A stretch of DNA of 17,786 nucleotides from Candidatus Heimdallarchaeota archaeon (GTDB taxonomy: Archaea > Asgardarchaeota > Heimdallarchaeia > JABLTI01): NCBI GenBank assembly GCA_030614005.1, contig JAUWKS010000067.1:1-17786 (forward strand). The letters run 5' to 3'. The translations under genes and the position numbers were made by a program. This document shows positions 1 to 8,694 of the stretch, in pieces. Position 1 is the stretch's first letter. Every line of letters begins with the position of its first letter. The notes below the pieces were generated by a model that worked only from the letters and a program-made list of their open reading frames with translations, was not told the origin of the DNA and did no database searches.

Positions 1-825
1 ATTGAGAAAATAGACCAAAATTTAACCATTCTCTCTCAACAAGATATAGCTGAATTTAAATCATGGCCTCTTGGTTACAATTATTCCATTACTCTCTCAC
101 TTGGTAGCACAAACAGACTTTCCTTGATAGTTGTTGATTACTTCAATTCTTGGCCGTTTTTCATGAGTGATAATCAACAAGTTGAGGGTATTCCTCTTAT
201 TATTGGAAAAGAAACCTATGATGTCCTTAGAGAAAATGGGACAAATTTCAGCAATCATCTTCTCTTAAACATTCCTGAAACTGAGAATTATGCTCAGGTT
301 ATGAATAATTTAGAAACCGAAGTACTTACTTCTAAAGAGACCCTAGTCAGCATTGATGATGGTTATGATCAATTTTGGAGCGAACCTTTCTGGTATATTT
401 TGAATACCTTTGCAGTGATAAATCTCTATCTGATAAGTTTATTATTTGTTGTTCTTATTTTTATTACAGTAATTACACTAGAAAATAACCGAAAAGCGGA
501 AACAGGTATGTTCCTTGCATTAGGCATTAGAAAGAAACAGATTTTTCTTCTGTCTTTAATTGAACAACTAACCGTTTTAATTCCTGGGTTACTACTCGGA
601 ATTGGCATTGGTTTGCCCGGTTCAATTTTCCTTAATAATCAATTGAAAAGCAATTTTCCAATCCCTATTAGTAGTTTAGGTGTTTCTTGGATTGTTGGTA
701 TAATAATTCTTGGTATTTTTCTCTTCAATTTGATATTAGTAATTGGTTCAGCTTTTCGTACATCATCACGAAAAGTAGCATATTTTATTCAGGAGTTGGA
801 ATTACATAATGAGTCTTATGATTGA
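1..825 (+). CDS. ABC transporter permease, FtsX/MacB-type C-terminal part (5'-truncated by window edge)
   Basis: Frame 1 is open from base 1, so the track's TTG at 124 is an internal Leu. It has the FtsX-type motif 'ITLENNRKAETGMFLALGIRKKQIFLLSLIEQ', about 4 hydrophobic TM segments, and overlaps the downstream ABC ATPase. Confidence 0.85.
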   Translation: MEKIDQNLTILSQQDIAEFKSWPLGYNYSITLSLGSTNRLSLIVVDYFNSWPFFMSDNQQVEGIPLIIGKETYDVLRENGTNFSNHLLLNIPETENYAQVMNNLETEVLTSKETLVSIDDGYDQFWSEPFWYILNTFAVINLYLISLLFVVLIFITVITLENNRKAETGMFLALGIRKKQIFLLSLIEQLTVLIPGLLLGIGIGLPGSIFLNNQLKSNFPIPISSLGVSWIVGIIILGIFLFNLILVIGSAFRTSSRKVAYFIQELELHNESYD

Positions 826-1756
826 TTGTCGAAATGTCATAAAAATCTACTATAACAGAACAAAACAGATCAAAATGGCTGCTCTACGTGGTGTAGAGTT
901 GAAAGTTAAAAAGGGAGAGCTAGTTGCCATTGTCGGTCCCTCTGGAGCAGGTAAATCTACTCTATTGAAGATTCTCGGTGCATTGGACTTTCCTTCAAGT
1001 GGTACCTTACATGTTGGTGGAAAGTTGGTAAATACCTTCACTCAATCGCAAATCATTGACTATCATCGTAACATGGTGGGATTTGTTTGGCAAGCTCCTT
1101 TACGAAATGTTCTCACCAGTGAAAAAGCTATCAACAACGTTCTCCTTCCAATGAAAATAGGTGGAAAGATACCTAAAAACAAACAGAAAGAGCGTGCTCT
1201 TGATCTTTTAAAATCTGTTGGGTTAGATCATAGAATTAATCATAAGCCAACTCAGCTTTCTGGTGGGGAAGTTCAACGACTTGGAATTGCTGCTGCTCTT
1301 GCAAATGATCCAAAAATTCTACTTATGGATGAACCTACAGGTGAGCTGGATTCTGAAACAACCATTGAGATTCTTACTCTCTTAAAAGAGCTAAACAAGC
1401 ATTTTGATAAAACGATAGTAATTGTTTCTCATGATAGATACGTGGAAAAGAAAGCAGATGTCGTTTATCGTATTTCAGATGGTCTTCTCCTGAATATTGA
1501 TCTTGCACAATCGCTTGAAGTTACGGATTCAAAAGAACAAGTTAGTTATGTCGATGAGTTCGGTCTGTTACGAATACCATTACATTTCTTAAAAGAAACT
1601 GGAATTCAAAACTATGTTAAAATCAAAAGTGCTTCTGATAGGATAGAAATACTACCACATATTCAAGAAGCAATTGTAAGTGACACTACTATTGAAGAAA
1701 CTACCAAAAATCAATCCAAAAAAAGACATTCAAAAGATGATAGGAGCGAAAAATAA
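809..1756 (+). CDS. ABC transporter ATP-binding protein (LolD/MacB-like) with C-terminal AbrB-like extension
   Basis: Walker A GPSGAGKS, Q-loop GFVWQ, signature LSGGE, Walker B LLMDEPT, H-loop VSHD. About 85 extra C-terminal residues. AGGAG at 791-795; alternative ATG at 818. Confidence 0.93.
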   Translation: MSLMIDCRNVIKIYYNRTKQIKMAALRGVELKVKKGELVAIVGPSGAGKSTLLKILGALDFPSSGTLHVGGKLVNTFTQSQIIDYHRNMVGFVWQAPLRNVLTSEKAINNVLLPMKIGGKIPKNKQKERALDLLKSVGLDHRINHKPTQLSGGEVQRLGIAAALANDPKILLMDEPTGELDSETTIEILTLLKELNKHFDKTIVIVSHDRYVEKKADVVYRISDGLLLNIDLAQSLEVTDSKEQVSYVDEFGLLRIPLHFLKETGIQNYVKIKSASDRIEILPHIQEAIVSDTTIEETTKNQSKKRHSKDDRSEK

Positions 1757-2454
1757 TGTCTGTAAAACAATCTAAAAAGGTTAAAAAAATAATTCACTGC
1801 ACAGATCTAACTAAGGAATACCAATTTGGTTCTGAAGTAATCCATGCTCTACAAAAGATTAATCTAGAAGTAACTGAAGGAGAATTTGTAGCAATTATGG
1901 GTAAGAGTGGTAGTGGCAAAACTACTTTGATAAATATCTTGGCTGGTTTGCTATCAGCTTCTTCCGGAAAAGTAATTATTGATAATCAATCTCTTGTAGG
2001 AATGTCCTCTGATCAATTAAGTCTTATGCGTAGAGAAATAATAGGTATCGTTTTTCAGATGTTTAATTTACACCCTGGATTAACAGTGTTAGAAAATGTA
2101 GAATTACCCCTATTATTTAATGACATAGATAAAGATAAACGAAGAGCTGCTGCTCAAGAAATTTTATCTTTCTTACAACTAAGTGATTATACTAACAATT
2201 ATCCTGATGAACTAAGTGGTGGAGAAAAACAGCGGGTTGCTATTGCTCGTGCATTAATCAATGAACCAAAAATTCTTCTTGCAGATGAACCAACTGGTAA
2301 TTTAAATTCATTACTAGCTAAAGAAATTGTTACTCTTTTCAAAAAAATAAACCAAGAAAAAGGTTTAACAGTCATTTTTGTTACCCATGATGAATCTTTA
2401 GTTGATGATGATATGCGTTTAGTAAAGCTCAAAGATGGTAAATTATTGAATTGA
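1756..2454 (+). CDS. ABC transporter ATP-binding protein (LolD/MacB-like)
   Basis: Walker [16 protein letters not shown]-loop, [24 protein letters not shown] stop/start overlap with the previous gene at 1754-1758. Confidence 0.95.
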   Translation: MSVKQSKKVKKIIHCTDLTKEYQFGSEVIHALQKINLEVTEGEFVAIMGKSGSGKTTLINILAGLLSASSGKVIIDNQSLVGMSSDQLSLMRREIIGIVFQMFNLHPGLTVLENVELPLLFNDIDKDKRRAAAQEILSFLQLSDYTNNYPDELSGGEKQRVAIARALINEPKILLADEPTGNLNSLLAKEIVTLFKKINQEKGLTVIFVTHDESLVDDDMRLVKLKDGKLLN

Positions 2455-2648
2455 AAGAGTCCTCTCAAATCAATATTTATTTAATGAAATGTTATTTCAA
2501 AGTGCTATTACTTAAGAAAACTATATTAAGACTCAATCTTTTCAAGAAAAGTATTACTACCTATTGTATAATTACAGCTATTCGAATCTTGCTATTTCAA
2601 TCTTTAATAGTATTTTTTAACTGAATGAATTTAGGATTTTGATTTATT

Positions 2649-3569
2649 ATGGCTAAAAAAAAGTTAGGAATAGTAGCAGATTCGACTTGTGATTTACATC
2701 CAGATTATATTAAGAAATATAATATTGGTATTGTTCCATTGAAAATTATTTTTGATGATGAAGTTAGATATCAAGGTCTTGATATTACTAATGCTGAATA
2801 TTATCAGCGATTGATAGATGGTGAAATGCCTACAACAGGTGCACCTGCGCCAAAATTCTTCAAAGAAGCGATTGATAAAGCACTTGAAGAATATGAAGAA
2901 GTACTGGTCTTTTGTATTGGCAATAAACTTAGTGCAACGTACTCTACAGCTGTTATGGTTGTAAAACAATTTTTCGATGAAAGAGTGACTGTTATTGATA
3001 CAAACACTTTGTCAGTTACAATTAGTTTAATTCTCTTACCTGCAGCCAGAATGTTAGCCGATGGTGCTTCCAAAGAGGAAATATTAGCTTTCGTTAACAA
3101 GACAATTCCTCATACGCAAGTATTTGGTGGGGCTGCAACATTGAAGTATCTTCATAAAGGCGGTCGCCTTAGTAGAACTTCCTATATGATAGGTTCTTTG
3201 TTAAATTTGAAACCATTAATTGCTGTAGATGATGGACAAATTGTTTCACCGGGAAAAGTCCGCGGTGTGGATAATCTTATGGACCATATGAAAACTGTAG
3301 CTCATAAAATCGCTGAGAACCATTTATCAGAATTAGTAATAGTTGGTCATTGTGCTAATCCTGAGAAAGCAGAAGAAGCTGCTGAATATTTGAAAGGATT
3401 ACCAAATGCTCCCAAAGAAGTAGTAGTATGGGAAATTGGTCCTGTAATCGGAACACATCTTGGACCTGGTACCATAGGAATTGTTTGGGTAGGCGAATTC
3501 GATGAAGACTGGCTTAAAACTAAGATTGATCTCCGATTTTGGAAAGATAAGGAATCAAAAGAAGAATAA
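2649..3569 (+). CDS. degV: DegV family (FakB-like) fatty-acid-binding protein
   Basis: N-terminal 'IVADSTCDL...IVPLKI', 'PTTGAP', 'LSATY', 'LHKGGRL', 'LNLKPLI' and 'GPVIGTHLGPG' match the DegV pattern. Confidence 0.92.
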   Translation: MAKKKLGIVADSTCDLHPDYIKKYNIGIVPLKIIFDDEVRYQGLDITNAEYYQRLIDGEMPTTGAPAPKFFKEAIDKALEEYEEVLVFCIGNKLSATYSTAVMVVKQFFDERVTVIDTNTLSVTISLILLPAARMLADGASKEEILAFVNKTIPHTQVFGGAATLKYLHKGGRLSRTSYMIGSLLNLKPLIAVDDGQIVSPGKVRGVDNLMDHMKTVAHKIAENHLSELVIVGHCANPEKAEEAAEYLKGLPNAPKEVVVWEIGPVIGTHLGPGTIGIVWVGEFDEDWLKTKIDLRFWKDKESKEE

Positions 3570-3719
3570 TTTTGTGCTAAACACACAATAATTATTCCTT
3601 TATAGTAAGCTTTTTTTACCAAGCGAACCGAGTCAATTTAAAGTGAAATTGCTATTGGATAATTGTATCAGAATATTGCTATAGATACTTATCTCTAAGT
3701 AAACGATTTGGTGAATAAA

Positions 3720-5117
3720 TTGGTATTAGGAAAGTTAGGTTCTTCAATAACTAATGCTTTGAAGAAAATAGTTGGCGCAGGAACAGTTGATGCATCCATT
3801 ATTCGAGAATTAAAAAACGAGCTCTTAAAAGCTCTCCTCGAAGCTGATGTGAAACTTGAAATTGCTTTAGAAGTTACAGAGAAAGTAGAGAAAAGGGCAC
3901 TTAAAGATGAACTTCCTCCTGGCATTCCCCGTCAAAAACATGTAGTATCTATTGTACATAATGAGCTAATACAAATTATGGGTGGTAAAGGACAGAAATT
4001 AAAGATAACCCCTGGTAAGCTCAATGTTCTACTTTTTGTTGGTATACAAGGTTCCGGAAAAACTACTGTTGTAGGGAAATTGGGCAACTGGTTGAACAAA
4101 CGCGGTATGAAGCCTGCTATGGTTTGTGCTGATACAGATCGACCTGGTGCTTATGAACAACTTGTTCAACTTGGCGAACAAATCAATGTTCCTGTCTACG
4201 GTGAACCAAAAGAAAAAAATGCCGTTAAAATTGCTCGAGATGGTGTTGCTCATTTCCAAAAATCGAAAGAAGTTATTTTAGTTGATACTGCGGGGCGCCA
4301 TAAAGAAGAGAAAGCCATGCTCAAAGAAATGGCTAAAATTGCCAAAGTGGTTAAACCCGATGAAATAGTCCTCGTTATTGATGGAACATTAGGTCAACAA
4401 GCATATGATCAAGCACTCGCTTTTACTTCAACAACTGAAATTGGAAGTATTATAGTTACGAAACTTGATGGTTCAGCAAAAGGTGGAGGAGCATTAAGTG
4501 CTTGTGCTGCAACAAAAGCACCAATAAAATATCTCGGTGTCGGAGAAAAAGTTGGTGATTTGGAAAGATTTGATCCTACGGGTTTTGTTGGCAGATTACT
4601 CAATATGGGTGATATTGAAGCTCTAATTGAAAGTGTTCAGGCTGCTGAAATTGAACCTGATGAAGAAATGGCAAAAGCATTCATGTCAGGTAAATTTACC
4701 TTACGAGATATGTATGCTCAAATGCAAAATATTGGTAAAATGGGTTCTATGTCAAAAATTCTCTCTTTCCTTCCAGGTTTCTCAACAGGATTACCTGACG
4801 GACTTGAGGATACTTCAGAAGAAAATTTGAAGAAATTCATGTGCATGATGGAATCAATGACTGCAGAAGAGCTTGATGACCCTTCTGTTATCAAAAGCAC
4901 TAGAATGGAGCGTATTGCTCGTGGTTCTGGTACTGATCCTAAAGAAATAAGGCAACTTATGAAGCAGTTCAATCAAATGAAGAAAATGATGAAAGGATTG
5001 AAGAAAGGAATGGGTCGCAGAGGTGGCAAAATGCCTGATATGGCAGATTTAACGGGTATGCAAGCTGCAGCAGGCGGTAAACCCTCCACAAAAATTACTC
5101 GAGGTAAGAAAAGGTAG
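3720..5117 (+). CDS. srp54: Signal recognition particle 54 kDa protein (archaeal SRP54/Ffh)
   Basis: GIQGSGKTT, DTDRPGA, DTAGR, TKLD, KGGGALS, Met-rich M domain with RxxRIARGSG. Start refined to TTG 3720 (MVLGKLGSS, typical archaeal N-terminus) with GGTGA at 3710-3714. The track start is 3708. Confidence 0.97.
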   Translation: MVLGKLGSSITNALKKIVGAGTVDASIIRELKNELLKALLEADVKLEIALEVTEKVEKRALKDELPPGIPRQKHVVSIVHNELIQIMGGKGQKLKITPGKLNVLLFVGIQGSGKTTVVGKLGNWLNKRGMKPAMVCADTDRPGAYEQLVQLGEQINVPVYGEPKEKNAVKIARDGVAHFQKSKEVILVDTAGRHKEEKAMLKEMAKIAKVVKPDEIVLVIDGTLGQQAYDQALAFTSTTEIGSIIVTKLDGSAKGGGALSACAATKAPIKYLGVGEKVGDLERFDPTGFVGRLLNMGDIEALIESVQAAEIEPDEEMAKAFMSGKFTLRDMYAQMQNIGKMGSMSKILSFLPGFSTGLPDGLEDTSEENLKKFMCMMESMTAEELDDPSVIKSTRMERIARGSGTDPKEIRQLMKQFNQMKKMMKGLKKGMGRRGGKMPDMADLTGMQAAAGGKPSTKITRGKKR

Positions 5118-5131
5118 TTCATCTATCTGCC

Positions 5132-5147
5132 TCTTTTACATTTTTTA
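5132..5147 (+). terminator. Oligo-T tract after srp54 (archaeal-type terminator candidate)
   Basis: TCTTTTACATTTTTTT starting 15 nt after the stop codon. Confidence 0.4.
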
Positions 5148-5174
5148 TCAAATGAAGTTTTTTGAGGGAAAGAA

Positions 5175-5846
5175 TTGTATAGAATTTTTCTAATAAAAGT
5201 TCAGAAGTTTAACTATGAGAAAAAAGATCTCAATGTTCCCTTCTCACAAAAACGTATCATTATTGGTTTTTTATCTCGAATGGTTACAAATGCTATTTTT
5301 CTTTCTCATTCTTTGAGAGCAAAAGTAATTGTTAGATTAGCAATCAAAGAACCTGTTCCACATATAATTCAAATTCAGACTGATAAAATAAGGTATCTTG
5401 GGCCCGATGAAAGAAGTTTCGCCTCTATAATCCTTAAAGCAGAAAGAAAAATACTGGAACAGATAAGCAACTCCCAGAATAATCACTGGTTTCAACCCAA
5501 TCCAGGTTTATTTGCAAAAATAACTGATGATTTGTTAATTGATTTAAATTCCTATTTGAATGAACCAATCGGATTGATTCAATTTGATTATAATTCCACA
5601 ATACGAGATAATATATCTCGAGACGCAACAGATTTTTCTTATGAAGATTTTGAACGAAAAATCAACAATTTGCAAGAGATGTACAATTCAAATATATTCA
5701 TTTTCAATTTTGAGAAAGAAGCAACGGATTTGCCTGAACCATTATTGGCATTACGTTCTGCTCATCACAATGTAAAAATACCCAAATTACTAAATCCACC
5801 AAAATTAGTAGGAATAATAAATATCATACTTGATAAAAGGAAATAG
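5175..5846 (+). CDS. TrmY/COG1901-like SPOUT-fold protein, degenerate in the SAM-binding motifs
   Basis: 'LSRMVTNAIFLSHSLR' and 'IRYLGPDERSFASII' match the TrmY core (R..N.AFFLSH..R; PDERS). GAGGG SD before TTG 5175; directly downstream of srp54. Confidence 0.7.
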   Translation: MYRIFLIKVQKFNYEKKDLNVPFSQKRIIIGFLSRMVTNAIFLSHSLRAKVIVRLAIKEPVPHIIQIQTDKIRYLGPDERSFASIILKAERKILEQISNSQNNHWFQPNPGLFAKITDDLLIDLNSYLNEPIGLIQFDYNSTIRDNISRDATDFSYEDFERKINNLQEMYNSNIFIFNFEKEATDLPEPLLALRSAHHNVKIPKLLNPPKLVGIINIILDKRK

Positions 5847-5856
5847 AAACCAACTG

Positions 5857-6525
5857 TTATGGTTTCCTAGTAAACAAACGATATTTTTCTTCGGGATTTG
5901 TTAATTCACGCATAATTCGAGCAATAATTAATTTCTTTGGATCAGAAACTTTTGTTCTTGAAGCAATGTCCTCAAAAGAGGTAAAATTCACTCGATTGCG
6001 TTCTGCTATCAAATTCTCAAGATGAGTTGTCCCGATACCTGGGAGCAATTTGAATGCGTGCATTCTTGAAGTCACAAGTGATGCTTTGTTAAACCAATTA
6101 ACAAATCGAAATTCTTGCTTTGTAACGATTTCCATTAAACAATCATCAAGAATCTTTTCAGAAGAGTTAGCTAAATCATCAAATCCGATTCTTCGTTTAA
6201 TTCGAGTGATTAATTTGCGATTGTCTTTTCCAATTCCGATTCTATAAAGAGGTTTGATATGTACTGCTCTCTTTGGACTTAACTCCAATAAAGTAAACCA
6301 AATTTCACCTATCGCTTGCACAACGGGTTCTCGACTATTAAATGGATTAGGATCAGTTGGACTGCCTTCCGATAAATAAGCAAGTGCCCAAGCAAATTCT
6401 TCATATTTTCTTTGTCGGTCACCGACTGCTTCTTGTTTACCCTGTGAAGGAGTATGACTGCTTGATCTATTTCTATTATTGCTGTAAGAGCGATTTTGGT
6501 TTTTATTTGTTCTTTCGGGCATCAT
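5857..6525 (-). CDS. DUF655 family putative RNA-binding protein (C-terminal HhH)
   Basis: 'REPVVQAIGEIWFTLLEL', 'FVNWFN', 'RMHAFKLLPGIG' and 'F.SFEDI..R' motifs. Lies downstream of rpl21e-rpo4, as is usual in archaea. Confidence 0.9.
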   Translation of the reverse strand: MMPERTNKNQNRSYSNNRNRSSSHTPSQGKQEAVGDRQRKYEEFAWALAYLSEGSPTDPNPFNSREPVVQAIGEIWFTLLELSPKRAVHIKPLYRIGIGKDNRKLITRIKRRIGFDDLANSSEKILDDCLMEIVTKQEFRFVNWFNKASLVTSRMHAFKLLPGIGTTHLENLIAERNRVNFTSFEDIASRTKVSDPKKLIIARIMRELTNPEEKYRLFTRKP

Positions 6526-6735
6526 TACCCACCACTTAGTTATTCACACAATGGAAATGCTTGTTATTTCTTAATAAACTATTTCCATTTCTATTATTTT
6601 AATTTGATTCCTTTTTCCTTGTTTATTCTATAGATGTTCCATAAATTTAAACTGTTCTCTAACTCCTTATCTAAAATTCTGTAAACTCTGACTCAATTAA
6701 TCCACAAATTAACACTTTGAAGAATTTTTCGTAGT

Positions 6736-6772
6736 AAAGAGATAAGATAGATAGAATAAGAAGAAAGTGAAA
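6736..6772 (-). terminator. Pyrimidine-rich tract after rpo4 (terminator candidate)
   Basis: Minus strand reads TTTCACTTTCTTCTTATTCTATCTATCTTATCTCTTT shortly after the rpo4 stop. Confidence 0.35.
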
Positions 6773-6795
6773 TGTTATTGATTTGCCAAATAATT

Positions 6796-7122
6796 CTATT
6801 CTCTCAATAAATCAAGCAATTTTCCAACTTCTTCTGTGGTGAAAACTTTAGATGCATCTTGAATAAAGACTCGCAATTCATCAATAGTTTCAGGCAAAAA
6901 GTTTACAATAGTAATAGCAATATCTTCGCTCAGCTCGAATTCAGCCATTATTTTTTTAACTAGTGTTTTAGCCTGACGTCCAGTAACTTGTGCGGATCTT
7001 TGGGCGTGTTCTAATGCAATTCTTTGCAAATAATTTAGCTCTCCCTCTTTCTTTCTCTTGTTGAAGATACTTACAACTTCAGGGAGTGAAACGGGAGTCT
7101 TATTGATAGTTTCTTTGGGCAC
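6796..7122 (-). CDS. rpo4: DNA-directed RNA polymerase subunit Rpo4 (RpoF)
   Basis: 'PVSLPEV...ELNYLQRIALEHA...IAITIVNFLPETIDELRVF' pattern; follows rpl21e. Start refined to GTG 7122 (MPKETI) with AGGTGA at 7133-7128. The track start is 7131. Confidence 0.92.
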   Translation of the reverse strand: MPKETINKTPVSLPEVVSIFNKRKKEGELNYLQRIALEHAQRSAQVTGRQAKTLVKKIMAEFELSEDIAITIVNFLPETIDELRVFIQDASKVFTTEEVGKLLDLLRE

Positions 7123-7163
7123 TGTAATCACCTATTAGAGTTATTATTCTCTTAACTATAAGT

Positions 7164-7460
7164 CTATTTCTGCATTGCAAGATAGACGTGTTCGGGTCTA
7201 GCAATGATATCTTTTGTCATGTTTCCAACTTTAATCTTAATTACATATGCTCTTCCGCGAACTTCAGAAATGACACCAAATTTACCTTGATAGCGTCTGT
7301 GTGGCATTCCTTTCTGAATGGCTGAATCAATTTTAATAACAACTTGATCGCCAACATTGTATTTTATAAGTAATCTGCCTAAAGGTTGTATTCCTCTTTT
7401 TCTAGGAGATTTTGTGAATAATTTTCTAGTACTATGTCTGTATCCTTTTGAATTTGGCAT
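7164..7460 (-). CDS. rpl21e: 50S ribosomal protein L21e
   Basis: 'MPNSKGYRHSTR', 'GDQVVIKID', 'KGMPHRRYQGKFG' and 'RPEH' are L21e signatures. Confidence 0.97.
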   Translation of the reverse strand: MPNSKGYRHSTRKLFTKSPRKRGIQPLGRLLIKYNVGDQVVIKIDSAIQKGMPHRRYQGKFGVISEVRGRAYVIKIKVGNMTKDIIARPEHVYLAMQK

Positions 7461-7626
7461 AATATATCACAACGCTGAGTTTTTCTCTTTATTCAGAGTG
7501 GTTAAGATTAGCTTTAAAAAGATTGCTTTGTGCACGAGATACTATCTTGAATATTATTTTCCTCACTTAAATATTCTAAATAAAATAATAGACCAGAAAA
7601 AAAGAGAAAAAGTAAAGTTAACTACT

Positions 7627-8694
7627 TTACCTATTCATAATTTTTACAATATCTTTTGCAACATCTAATGTTGAGGAGCTGCCACCTAAATCATATGTTC
7701 TAACTTTGCCTTCTTTAAGGTTGATTTTAATAGCATCTTCTACTTGTTTTGCTAGCTCAACTTCTCCAAGCCAGTCGAACATTAATTTCACAGAAAGAAT
7801 TGCTGCAATTGGATTGACTTTATATTGACCGGCATATTTTGGCGCACTACCATGAGTTGGTTCAAATAAACCATATTTATCAGAAGTGGATGCTGAAGCA
7901 GCAAAGCCTAAGCCACCAACTAATTGCGCGGTTAAATCAGATACAATATCACCAAACATATTAGTCGCAATAATCACGCCAAAATTCTGTGGGTTTTTTA
8001 CTAGTTGCATGCACATTGCATCAATGTTTTGCTTCCAGACCTCGATATCTGGATAATCTTTAGCAACTTCAGCGGCAACTGCCAGGAACATTCCGTCTGT
8101 AGCACGAATAACATTTGCTTTGTGAACAAGAGTCACATTGGGATAGTTGAATTTTTTAGCATATTCAAATCCAGTCTTAACTATTCGTCTACAACCTTTT
8201 TCAGTAAAAACTCTGCATGATACTGTTGTTTTCATTGGGTCGTAATTTTTCTTTTTGAAAGCATCTAGATGCATAAATTCAGTTGCATCATAGAAATCGA
8301 AACCAGAGTAAAGCCCTTCTGTATTTTCTCTGAAAACGACAAGATTAAGATCATCCCTGAAATTCAACGGATTTCCTTCATAAGATTTGCAGGGGCGCAT
8401 ATTGCTGTACAAATCAAATGTTTGTCTTAATCGAACAATAGGAGATCTATACCCAGGAACATTTGGTTTAGATGTAATTGCTCCGAAGAGTGCTGCATCA
8501 GTTTCCTTCATCATTTCAACGGTTCTATCGGGTAGAGCTTCTTGCTCTTTTTCCCAAAAGACCCAACCAATGTCACCACGAATAAATTCAGCGTTAAAAT
8601 CAGTTCCCTCATCCATGACCATTTTGGCTGCTTCCAAAACATCATTACCAATACCATCACCAGGCATAAATGCAATTTTATATTTCTTAGCCAT
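7627..8694 (-). CDS. Isocitrate/isopropylmalate (beta-decarboxylating) dehydrogenase family protein
   Basis: PGDGIG, RENTEGLY, HKANV, NMFGDIVSDL, EPTHGSAP. Start refined to ATG 8694 with a GGAG SD 9 nt upstream. The track start is 8709. Confidence 0.93.
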   Translation of the reverse strand: MAKKYKIAFMPGDGIGNDVLEAAKMVMDEGTDFNAEFIRGDIGWVFWEKEQEALPDRTVEMMKETDAALFGAITSKPNVPGYRSPIVRLRQTFDLYSNMRPCKSYEGNPLNFRDDLNLVVFRENTEGLYSGFDFYDATEFMHLDAFKKKNYDPMKTTVSCRVFTEKGCRRIVKTGFEYAKKFNYPNVTLVHKANVIRATDGMFLAVAAEVAKDYPDIEVWKQNIDAMCMQLVKNPQNFGVIIATNMFGDIVSDLTAQLVGGLGFAASASTSDKYGLFEPTHGSAPKYAGQYKVNPIAAILSVKLMFDWLGEVELAKQVEDAIKINLKEGKVRTYDLGGSSSTLDVAKDIVKIMNR

